Assembly: GCA_009859145.1 (NCBI GenBank)
Contig: VRVR01000045.1
Span: 31,033-95,032, forward strand
Reading direction: 5' to 3'
DNA from: Andalucia godoyi And28
Lineage: Eukaryota; Protista; Jakobida
Length of the DNA: 64,000 nt
Below the pieces are notes generated by a model. The model saw nothing but the letters and a program-made list of their open reading frames with translations. It was not told the DNA's origin and searched no databases. The position numbers and the translations under genes were made by a program. Positions 10,801 to 20,100 of the stretch are shown one piece after another; within the stretch, counting starts at the first letter, position 1, and each line of letters starts with the position of its first letter.

Positions 10801-10915
10801 TTCTCAAAAGGCAGAAAAGAAGTTCTGTCGATACCTGGTTGAAGACCGGGGTGCATCCGCGATGAGCTATCTTGAGTTTATGCAATTCTTGGTCAGTGAC
10901 ATTCCTCCGAAATGA
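7871..10915 (+). CDS. SEC24: COPII coat subunit Sec24 (Sec24A/B-like)
   Basis: Pro-rich N-terminus, zinc finger RCRRCKAYVNPF...WICNLC, trunk FVFVIDVS, beta-sandwich LMRVRSSLG and GERRIRVHN, helical and gelsolin regions, ends YLVEDR...SYLEFMQFL. First ATG is at 7871 (the track start is TTG). Confidence 0.96.
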   Translation: MSQPPSQQHPGVPPGFIASSPMTSFAPAPGSMYQPPPQPARMQSHQPSHPPGSGSAPPPADAGPMRPPGGFTSSSAVYSRLPPSSSLPAPPGFVSPDFTPLHAGAPTHPPPPSGFAGTPAPSPFGIAQASTPQPPGQPQGQSQGRMLEQSFQSVLPHQPAPCPPRMEYGQQLPPMMHHQPSLVGAPHGPGMKMTSTSASAPPAVRQVSVSQPLARQMAHQQPNMTTSAPVQLADSMLPRRTRPVPGFAPRSAIELSVGVFPASPSLVSKFTLPVGAVVTPLHILPSEDGTVGRDTTPVVHCGSCGVVRCRRCKAYVNPFVSFTDSGRRWICNLCRFGNNVPPEYFSPLDSQGVRVDVAQRPELSVTSVEFLAPAENMVRPPQPPCFVFVIDVSAGVAQESLPTLTDALASCVEELPGDKRTLVSIVCFDSAVHLFTVDGERGSFRISTIADPQPAGAAPTLPKENSDGSAAASPFMEDGPLCLPAPVSSLLIPAKDALPTLKKLILSLPRLFPSQSVSAQCCTGTALHYALRIMGGIGGKLVLFQGSLPTLGRGSLLPEREDFKLYGTDKEKNLLEPAEKYYKDLALECSRLQVGVDVVLLAPNTDRYTDVASLAVLARVTGGALIRAPPQTAGRRENSENPWIRDGRLRTLLCPAALALEALMRVRSSLGLRCTDFFGNFYLRSTDLLALPNVSANQSFGVIIQHAPSASGGPQVVPTPVAYLQAALLYTSTNGERRIRVHNIQLPVSNALSEVVDSVNSRVLADLVARQAATAVLAGTQKLQQVRLGIQDTCVFSLRSIRGMFRTSYPGQEVGSLVSSGILPRNMVMYPLYALALLKHSAFRADTDVRADERIEALQSLLFYSSDASLSPVMINLSRFFSSTELTGLECTVPLSRAYLNTEAAYLLVYGPMPADALVWFGAQSTVDAVSVGRDSRFQRLLSLFGIKSVPAENWVSEGGRPIPLSANMSTASVSQFSQKAEKKFCRYLVEDRGASAMSYLEFMQFLVSDIPPK

Positions 10916-11662
10916 TAGAAGTCCTGCAGATCAGTAGATCGTCATCTCTTTTTGTCCCACAATCCACCTTTCTTCTGCGTGACTGCGAATCTGCGACTCA
11001 GAGAAGGCACACATTTCCAAAGGCGTTCTTGGCGACTTTGTGCTGAATTTCCTTTTTTTTCTTCTTCTTCCGAGGCTCAGATATGCCAGGAAATGTGGAA
11101 ACTCTCGTTCAAACTCATCAAGCGAGAGGACTCGTCAAATGCACACATCAAGCAACCGCTGAGAACACACGCCTCGTTGAGATGAAGGATGTAGTGGATC
11201 ACAGAGACGACGGCGAAGAACAGTTTACTGTCCGCTGTGCAAAGCGCACCAAGGAAAACACACTTGAAGAATTTGACGAAGAGCTGTTTTCAATGCAAAA
11301 TTCTTCGGCATCGGACAGTGAGCATGCGTGACCGGCTTCAGGAGCAGGCACCATTTTTTGTTGATTTTTTGCTGTGTGCATTCGTATGTCAAAAACACGA
11401 CTGTCATATTGTGCTGTCGGTTTGGGGATGGCTTGAACAAACCTCTTCTTGCACGGTGGATGCAGCATATTCCTGTATCCGCGTTCTTCAGTCCTGGAAA
11501 ACGTGTTCTATGATAATGCCATCGCAGCAGCATTCAGGAAAACTCCGTATTCTTCTAATCTAAATTCATATTTTCTGTTTCGAATTCCTTCCCCATTTTT
11601 GCAAATCTTCCCTTCATTCTATTTTCTTTTCTTTCACACGGTTTTTTTCCAAGCAAGGCGAT

Positions 11663-12837
11663 GTGCACATGGTCGACTTTTCGAGAAGCGGTCTCTACGG
11701 TTTGATTCAGCGTGTGGATTTGCTTTTTTTTGTCGAGGAAGATTTGCCCGGCGATTGGCCACAAACTCTGAAGTTGGCAGTACGAACAATATCGGTAAAA
11801 CCCATCGCAGATGGCAATATCTCCAGAAACTCGACGATGTGGGAGGGCCACGCTTCGTCTGGAAAGCGGATCACGCTTCTCATTCGGAATGCGGCAACTA
11901 TAGCACCAGGAAAAGATTTTGAAGTACGCTGGATGGAGAGGATGCCTCGAAAAGACAGAAACCGAAGGATCTGGTGAAGAATGGAAAGCGGTATATCGGC
12001 GATCATAGTGGTATTTCATTGGGAAAAGAAAAAGGGAAGAAGAAGATACTCTCAACGAGACATCTTTTCTTTCATATCATAAAAAAGCCACGAATTTTGC
12101 TTGTCAAGTATTCCCGCTTGCTGCAGAATCGTTTTCTGTGGGTTTACTTTATTGGGAAATGCTATCGATGCCGTCGCCGGACGTTTCTCAAAGACCAAAG
12201 TTTTCGTCAAGCATCTTCGACCTGTGGCTGCCCATTCAGGATGCCCGACGGGACGTTTGTATACGGTCTGCGGTCGTTCCACCAATCATAGTGTCCTGGA
12301 TTCTGCTTATTGTGCGGGATCTCTCGAGGCCGGTCATGGGTCCATTCTATTCCCATTCATTCACTTTCCTACGGAAGTTCCCGACAGGACACTCGGAAGG
12401 TTGGATTTGAATGTATAGATCCAGGCTTTTACAGACAGGGGGGGTCAGTCCTCGCAGAACCGATGGTGTTCTGGGGGTTGTGCAAGAGTTTCATAATGCC
12501 TTTTAATTACGATCTTCGAGACGGTCGTGCGGGCTTGCTTCGATCCAAGCCAATCTCCCAGCCAACGAGGCATGCTTCTGGCGGCTGGAATATTGCTTAC
12601 AGCGTCGATTTATTCTCGCAGACTGAATTGTCACCGTTCAGCGATGACGAAGGTGAAAATGCAGTTCGATATTTGGCCATGCGCGCTTATGAGGGTTATA
12701 ACCACAAAAATTTGATTTTTCTCGTGTCCAAAAGGATGCATCGACTAGCTCAAATGCCTCTGTGGAAGGTCGCATTGCGCGTGTTTTATGCTGCTCGAAG
12801 CGACGCTGTGATGATCTGTCGCACTCCTACTGTGTGA
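11663..12837 (+). other. Fragmented hypothetical coding-like segments (possible spliced or decayed gene)
   Basis: Several medium ORFs (11663-11977, 12101-12418, 12310-12837) in GC-richer blocks separated by an A-rich tract; no recognisable motif. Confidence 0.25.
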
Positions 12838-13942
12838 TGGAATGGGCAAGAATTTTGGAGATTTGTGTTACAATAAAAGGCATTTCAGCTAATACCGGTA
12901 AAGACGAGTGTCGTCATGTTCTTCCCTGCTCACGTGCGTCACGAAAAGGAATTTGTGGCAACATTTGCTTACCAGGAACTATCCAATAATGTAGGATCTT
13001 CGTGTTCGCATGCACCTCTTCCTGTCAGTGTTCCTCTCACGATGGCAGCCGCCACCTGCGAAGAGCAGACACGATCTTAGTTCGACTTTGATGGTCTTCC
13101 AATCTCCTTCTTGTCTTGGCATGGCTTTCTCTGTTGTTTGACAAGTATGTGCACAAAAAGCCAGTAAAACAAACTGAATGTTCATGCGTTTCCATTGCAT
13201 GCTGAGCTCGAGAGAGGTCGCTGGTGCACGCCTGCTGCCAAGCATCTGCATCACAGAAATCCACTGCACCGTCGCCGGGCATCGCAGCAGTACAAGACAT
13301 CAGCCGGGACCCCCGAAAGACTCCTAATGCGCGCCGACACCGTGCAGGCAGAGTGTTTCGAAACGGGTTGCACCTTGCATCGGGCTCCGGTTCAATTTTT
13401 TTTTTTGTTGCTGTCCCGCTCCCGCCACTTGTGCAGCACCAAAAAGACCATCTTGTTTTTTAGCTAAACTCTGATCAGTTACCACATTTTCCTTCTTCCT
13501 CCTCAACGATTCCCTGTCTCTGCAGCATCCCCGATCACAAGCAACGGCATCAACAATCACCATGACAAGCAAGCATCTCAGAGCAGCCACATCCGATTTC
13601 CGTGCGTGTCTGCTGCTGCAGTTTGACGGCAAGGAGCAGCGGCCTTGACCTCCTTGTCGCAGGAAAAATGGGGAGGGGGTCGAGAGAAGGCTCCGCCGGC
13701 GCTCTTGCATCGCAGTCGGTCAGTGGCGTCGGAGTCGCAATCGCTCATCGAGACCTGCTGATGGGGAATGAATGCGCACAATCGTTCTGTCGCAGCAGAG
13801 AGCATCGCCCAAAAATGCTTGCTGCCCTTGCTGGACAAGAGCAGAAAATGTTTGATTTTGTTCCCCTCCTTTACTCGCTGTGTGCAAATTTGCTTGTTGA
13901 CTCCTGCCTTCACCTTGATTCTTCTGGAAACAAATAAAAACA

Positions 13943-15001
13943 ATGTGGGAGTATTTGGCATCTCCGTCCTTGGTCCAGAAGATTCTCCTGGTCCTTGCGG
14001 CAGTGGTTGTCCTGCGCTTGGCCATTTCTTCTCAGACTCGGCTCTTCGCTGGCTCGTATGCGCCAAACCAACGACCAATGATCCGCGTTATCGTGATGGC
14101 AACCCCGGATCGCCTGTCATTTCTGGAAGAGGCTGAGCGAACTTGGCTGCAAGACTGGGATCCAGACCGGGTGTTCATCGTTGGAGATCGCGATTCCAAT
14201 CAAGAAATAGTGCCGTTTCCGGCGTCTGTGCTGCACAGCCAGCGAAGATTTCTCTATCCTTCGTATCTTCGTACGATCCCATCCTCCAGGGACAGCGCGC
14301 AACTGTTTCATCGCTGGTTTTTCGCTGCGGTTGAAATACTGCGCATGCATCCAGACACGGAATGGGTTCTGCGAGTCTGCGACGATACGTATGTCGTCAA
14401 GGAGAATCTGGAAGCCTCCTTACACGGTGTCGACTTTCGTGCAATGTCGTTTATGGGACAAGCGTCGATAACATATCCACAAGGAGCAAAATGGCCAGTG
14501 AAACACAAGGAAGATGTGGAGTTGTTTTCCGCCCTGCACCCTGGTGGCGGAGCAGGATGGCTCGTCAGTCGACGGCTTGTAGAGTGGATGTCCGTCAATC
14601 CGCAGACTGTGGATGCCAACACCCATCTCATGATGTTCAACGATGACGTTTTTTCAGGGTACTTCTTTTTGAAGGAAGCCGGAGTGGTGATGAAAAACCA
14701 TGCTGGATTTGTGCAGGAACCGCGCTCCCTGGAGAATGATTTGAAGACGCTCTCGCACTGTCCAAGAGACCTTCCCCTCTACCAGCTGTCCCCTCTCTCT
14801 GACTGGGGTCCCATCATGCCCATGTTTCCGACTCGGTGGCCCGATTTGTCAGTCTTCCACACTTCTTCGCCGTCCATGTTCCGAGCACTGAGGGACGTTG
14901 CGACGTACAAGGAGAGACATCGGGTTCGCTTCTCGATCTCTCCGATGGATCAGCCAATCGTTCAGCTTCATGGTTCGAATTTTACGCTTTGTCTAGAATA
15001 A
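13943..15001 (+). CDS. GT31-family (Fringe/C1GALT1-like) glycosyltransferase, type II membrane protein
   Basis: N-terminal TM segment, RTWLQD, EWVLRVCDDTYVVKENL (DDDTY-type motif), GGGAGWLVSR, NDDVFSG, and FH near the C-terminus. Confidence 0.82.
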   Translation: MWEYLASPSLVQKILLVLAAVVVLRLAISSQTRLFAGSYAPNQRPMIRVIVMATPDRLSFLEEAERTWLQDWDPDRVFIVGDRDSNQEIVPFPASVLHSQRRFLYPSYLRTIPSSRDSAQLFHRWFFAAVEILRMHPDTEWVLRVCDDTYVVKENLEASLHGVDFRAMSFMGQASITYPQGAKWPVKHKEDVELFSALHPGGGAGWLVSRRLVEWMSVNPQTVDANTHLMMFNDDVFSGYFFLKEAGVVMKNHAGFVQEPRSLENDLKTLSHCPRDLPLYQLSPLSDWGPIMPMFPTRWPDLSVFHTSSPSMFRALRDVATYKERHRVRFSISPMDQPIVQLHGSNFTLCLE

Positions 15002-15399
15002 CATGTGGACATTTTTCTGCAAAGCCATTGGCAAAGCAGTTGATGCACCAAGAGAGCGCACACAGGTGGAAACGCGGGTGCGTTGCTGCAAGATTCCAGC
15101 GACCGTGCAGACGGACCCCGTCCCGGCACTGACTCTGCGCCCGGCGTCCGGCTCGTGCTTTGTCACTGGGTGGCAGAACGCCCGTCGCGATGCACGGGAC
15201 CGTGGACGGAATCGCGAAAAACCAATCATTCCCCCAGATTGCTTTTTTGGGGGAATGGGCTGGTGGAGAGAAAAGGATTGGGTTTGTGTGGAATCCTTGC
15301 AAACCGCTACACTCCACGTCCATCACGGTGTAGCGAACAGAGAACATGGTGTTTTCGAATGGGGAAAACGCCACGGGATCACCAGCAACATTCTCGCTC

Positions 15400-16944
15400 C
15401 TACATCAAAGAACACGAGAAGCCAAGACAGCTTACGCTCGCAGATTGTCCATCGCGAGAGTCTGCATTCGAGAATTCGGCATGCAGCTGATCCGACACTT
15501 CAAAGTTATCTTCGTTGATCACTCCCGCTGGCGCCAGGCTTCTTAGTGTCCTTCTGTATGCCAAGAGCGCACGATCATTTACGCGGACAATGCTGCCGGA
15601 GACGTCGTTCAGGGAATGGCTGCCAAGATGCGGAACGCCCGGACCGAAGATTCTGCCGGAGCTGTCCATGCATCCGATCAGCTTTGTCAAATCAATCAGC
15701 AGAGGTCTGTCAGCGTCCTCCGTGGACAAGTCTTCTGGAAACAAGCGCAGCCATGGATCGAAAAACGTGCGGTAGGCATGCACGATATCCGCGGATGGAA
15801 TCCAGGCGACGCACAGCCGCGGAGCGCCCACCAGAGCAACACGGTACGGATATGGCCCTGCACCTTCCGAATCGTCGTCGCCATCCTCTGCATCCACTGC
15901 ACGCACTGCACCGCCACTGCTGCCCGGCTCAGGATACCCGGCAGTCGTGACCTCCAGGTACCGCAAGTGAGGCAGAAATGGAATCACAAAGTCGCGTCCG
16001 AGCATCGCAGTGGACAGATGGACGGACAACTGCAGGAGCTGCGTAAAGTGCGCTACGTTCGAGTCCATTGATTCTGCGCAGTTCATGATGCGTAAATAGT
16101 GAATCGAGTCCGTATTTGCGAGTCGATACCACGGCTCGCTTCCGCCGTCCAGTACCAAATCTCGGATCCCAGCACAGTCGACAAGAAGCGGACGTTCCGC
16201 GATGCAGGTCTTCCGCACATGGCACAGCAGATCCAGATATCCACGGTGAAACGAAGCCAGCTTCAGCGGTCTGCCGAATTCGCAGCTGTCGACCACAACC
16301 TTCATGGCGGCGACAGGAAACGTCGGATACATGTCGAGCACAGATCGTTCGAATTCCGATGCCACGCACTCTTCGACGACGACTCGCAGCGTCTGTTCAT
16401 ACGCCGTCAGCTCCTCCATGTGGTGCAGGCTTGCCAGGTTCTTCAGAACGATGGTCAGCGACCGCACACGCGGGTCAAGACACAGGTTAAGCACCGATAG
16501 CTGGAACGTCGTCGCAAACTGAATGACGAGCGTCCACGGCCCCTCCGCACCCCGTGCATCAAGGAACCCAATGACCTCGTGTGGAATCCTTCCGTCCGCA
16601 GACAAGAACGCAATGCCCAGCTCAGAACGCCCGATGTTTCTCCACACGTCGCTCGACGGCGCACTGCTGTCCTGCTCCGTGTCCGACGGGCGGTCATGGA
16701 ACGGCAGCGAATTCCACCAAACCCACGCCGCGCGCCGCGCCACAACATGGTCAAAGCACCGGTAAAGCCCCTTCAGCACCAGCTTCTCCCGCACAGAATC
16801 CAAAATATCAACGGTCGTAATGTGCACTGGAGCTGCTGTAGACGACGCCACAAACCACGACTTGCACGTCAGCGAGATCCGGGCCCGCGTCCACACGTCC
16901 AGAAACGAAAATGCCCTCAAAAGAACCTTTTCGTCCTGCATCAT
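15400..16944 (-). CDS. F-box protein with possible degenerate LRRs
   Basis: N-terminal DEKVLLRAFSFLDVWTRARISLTCKSW matches the F-box consensus; Leu-rich segments downstream. First ATG is at 16944. Confidence 0.65.
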   Translation of the reverse strand: MMQDEKVLLRAFSFLDVWTRARISLTCKSWFVASSTAAPVHITTVDILDSVREKLVLKGLYRCFDHVVARRAAWVWWNSLPFHDRPSDTEQDSSAPSSDVWRNIGRSELGIAFLSADGRIPHEVIGFLDARGAEGPWTLVIQFATTFQLSVLNLCLDPRVRSLTIVLKNLASLHHMEELTAYEQTLRVVVEECVASEFERSVLDMYPTFPVAAMKVVVDSCEFGRPLKLASFHRGYLDLLCHVRKTCIAERPLLVDCAGIRDLVLDGGSEPWYRLANTDSIHYLRIMNCAESMDSNVAHFTQLLQLSVHLSTAMLGRDFVIPFLPHLRYLEVTTAGYPEPGSSGGAVRAVDAEDGDDDSEGAGPYPYRVALVGAPRLCVAWIPSADIVHAYRTFFDPWLRLFPEDLSTEDADRPLLIDLTKLIGCMDSSGRIFGPGVPHLGSHSLNDVSGSIVRVNDRALLAYRRTLRSLAPAGVINEDNFEVSDQLHAEFSNADSRDGQSASVSCLGFSCSLM

Positions 16945-17168
16945 TTCAGTACACTTACTCGCCAAACAAGCAGAAACGATGGCGGCAAAAGAAGCAAATA
17001 TCAATACTTAATAGACTCCTATGAATGATAAAATGCACACTCTATAGTCCTTTAGAAACGCATCACTCTTTATTCCCGTCTTTTGGCCCTTGAGTGTACA
17101 ACTTCGCTTACAGCTAGCATCAAGCAATTTTATTCTCTCCCCGTCAAAATAGGAATGATCCGGTTTAA

Positions 17169-20100
17169 TCAAATTACGGGCGCTGCGGATGCGAGGAGGA
17201 CGACACTGGGGAGCGTGGACAAAAAGTCGGAAAAGGCAAATTTGCGTAGCTTGCGGGCGTTGAGAACGGTCAGGAACTCTGCATCGGAACCGAGAGGCAC
17301 GGATCCAAAGAGTATCATACAGGCCCGTCGGAACGCATCGATGGACATCAGAGAGTCTGCCTCGCCGACACATGCACTTTCGAACACGTCGCGCAATGCA
17401 GACTTGAGATCTCCAGATTCCACGTACACCTTTCTTGACGCAAGGGCAAGTTCGCGAGCCTCGTAAAACGCAACGACTCCAGAGAGAAACGTGTCAAAGT
17501 CAAAAACGGGCTCTCTCATGTCTTGCATTGCCGCACGGCCGCGCATTCGGTTCTTCGAGGTGTCTACTGGCGGCAGAGCGTCGAGGAACGTGACGACCTC
17601 GGTCTCCGAAGGCGACGAGTCCCACTGACTGACCACGGATGAGAGCACCTCAAAGGCACGGGAACGCAAAAGGACCAGCTGGCTGTGCGACTGGACGCTT
17701 GGCTGCAGGAACCCGAGACCAACCGAGTTCAGCTTGTTCAGCACCAGCAGGTAGCACTTCAAAGCAAGCGAGTCGTGCTTCTCCAGTAAAAAGTCCACAA
17801 ACGTCTTGACTCGTAGCGACTGGTGCTTCATTGACTCGGTGGACACGGAGAAATCTAGGAAGTTCTGCTCGGCAATCTTTCTCAACCCAAAGCGAGTCGC
17901 AAAGATTTCAAACGCAGCATCCGACATGCGAATGTCGGACAGGTTGGACGAAATAATTGTCGAGTACACGTTGGCAAGATTCTTCAGCACCCAAGGCAGC
18001 GCACGAAGGCGTCCCTGGCCACTCTTGCTGTTTTTCAGCTTCTCGAGCTGCAACGACAGCGTCGCCTCGGCCCGGCGCTCTCGCATAACTTCCAGCAAAC
18101 GGCCAACAACTAGCGACGAAAGCGACAAGACAATGTCCGTCGCCTTTTTGTCCTCCTTCAGGTCCAATTCAGACTGCAACGACTGCTCGGACTGCTTCGC
18201 AGACAGCTGCGACACTGAGTCTGCCTGTGCCAACGACGCGGGGTGGGGAGTCGGAGGAGTGAGAGGCTTCACGCCACGGGCAACGGTCCGCTTTCGAAGA
18301 GAAAGAAGCGCAATAATAGAATGCACGCGTGAGAAGAATGATCGATATCGCTTCTCTGGCTTCTTGATTCCAGATTCCCAGTCAAAGTGCGTGGGATACG
18401 TTTGTGCTCGCGAGATCCGATCATCTTCGTCCATGTCCTCGTACATGTCGAGCTGCTGCAGCTCAGGAAGCGTTGCAACACTGGATGCACGATCCGAGCC
18501 AGCATCCGACTCGGCGTCCGAGTCGCTGTGGTCATCTGCTCGGCCTTGCTCGCCTTCGAGGGCCTTCTGGAGATCGCTTTCAATGGACGACGTCATAGAG
18601 TGTCGAGGATACGTAATTCTGCCGACATACTCTGAGAATTTGATGGACGGGCGGGACCTATTGGTCCCTTCTCCAGAGTCCTGGGTACGCTGGGTGTTCA
18701 GCCCGCCACGAGAAGGATCGCGATTCGCGCCGCCAAGAACCGGCTTGATGCGCGACAGGATTGGCGTGATTGCGCTCCCGGAGGATGACGAGCCGGTGGC
18801 CGGAGCACCTGCGGTGGAATTCGATGGCATGTTCCATTGTTGGACTTCTGGAGAGCGTGTCGTCGATGGAGAGCGTCCAGAGCGATTGACATGCTCCACA
18901 TCGCTGCGAGCAGACCTCGAAGAGTCCGGAGACCCAGTCAGACCGTTGGACGATCCAGGTACCTGAAGAGTCATGGACTGGTCCCTTGCACTCTTTGTCG
19001 ACGCCAATGCGGTCGTGGGTGCCGACCCCGGCGCCACAGCAGACGTGGTCGTGGGAGTGGACGCGGACATACCGCTCTCAAACATGCCAAGAGGCTCCCG
19101 GTCGAGCACCGCGGGAGACCGCTGGGACGACAGCGTGGAGCCACTTCTTGCCCTTCCGTCTCTCTTATCCGACGCTTTGGCAGCACGGACATTAGACGGA
19201 CCGTCTTGGTCTTTTGTGCCCTGCTTCTTGGAGGACGGAGACGTGTCTTTCCGCTTGCTCACCGAGGAGGATCCCTCAGGCTCCACAACCTCTGGAGGCG
19301 CAGCAAGAGCATCCCTTACCGTCGAGCTCGGACCGGTCTTCGTAGCGGCTTTCCCTCTCTTCGTCTTTGTGAACTTTGCTGCTGCAAGACTCGACGATGT
19401 GGCTGCACCGGAACTGGAACTGGGAGCATCCCCCGATTTGGATTTCTTCTTGGTCTTCTTTCCAGATTCTGCTTTGTGCTCCGTCGCATCCGGCGAATGT
19501 CGGCGCGAGGACTGCTGCGACGGCGGCCGATATTCGTGATCCACTTGGAAATCATCGTCAGGAAGCTCATCTTCAACCTCTTCGAGAATGCTACCAGTCC
19601 GATAAACGCTACGACTTCCGCTGCCACCACCACCGCTGGCAGAGTGTGGGCTCACATCCCTCTTGGATCCATCAGCTGCAGCAATGGACGACAAGAGCTG
19701 CTGCTGCTGCTGCTGCTGCTGCTCTCCAGCATGCTTTCTTCGAATGGAATCCTCCGTAAGAGTTCGAACCTGCAGTCCAACACTGCGCGTTTCCTTTGGG
19801 GCCTGGACGCGGGCGATCTGGGCGCTGTCATCTATGTGCGCCTCCAGCTCTGCGTTGAGAGACTGGACCTGGTCAAACAACCGGGCATTTCGCTCCTTTT
19901 CGAAATGCACCTCGGATCTCAACACCGCAGCCTCCTCTTTGAACGAGTCCACCTCTTTCTGCAGCTCCTCCGAGCGATCTCGTCCAGACGAGGATACCTT
20001 CTCAAAGAACGCGAAAATGCCGTCGAACATATCTGGAAGCTCTTGCGCCAACCCTGCGATGCTTGCAACTGGGTCCGTCATATTTCCAGATGAGGAGGCT

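Noticed and set aside
15003-15518. 171-aa + strand ORF right after the GT31 gene
   Set aside because: No motif, Arg-rich composition typical of spurious frames, and it overlaps the 3' end of the F-box gene.
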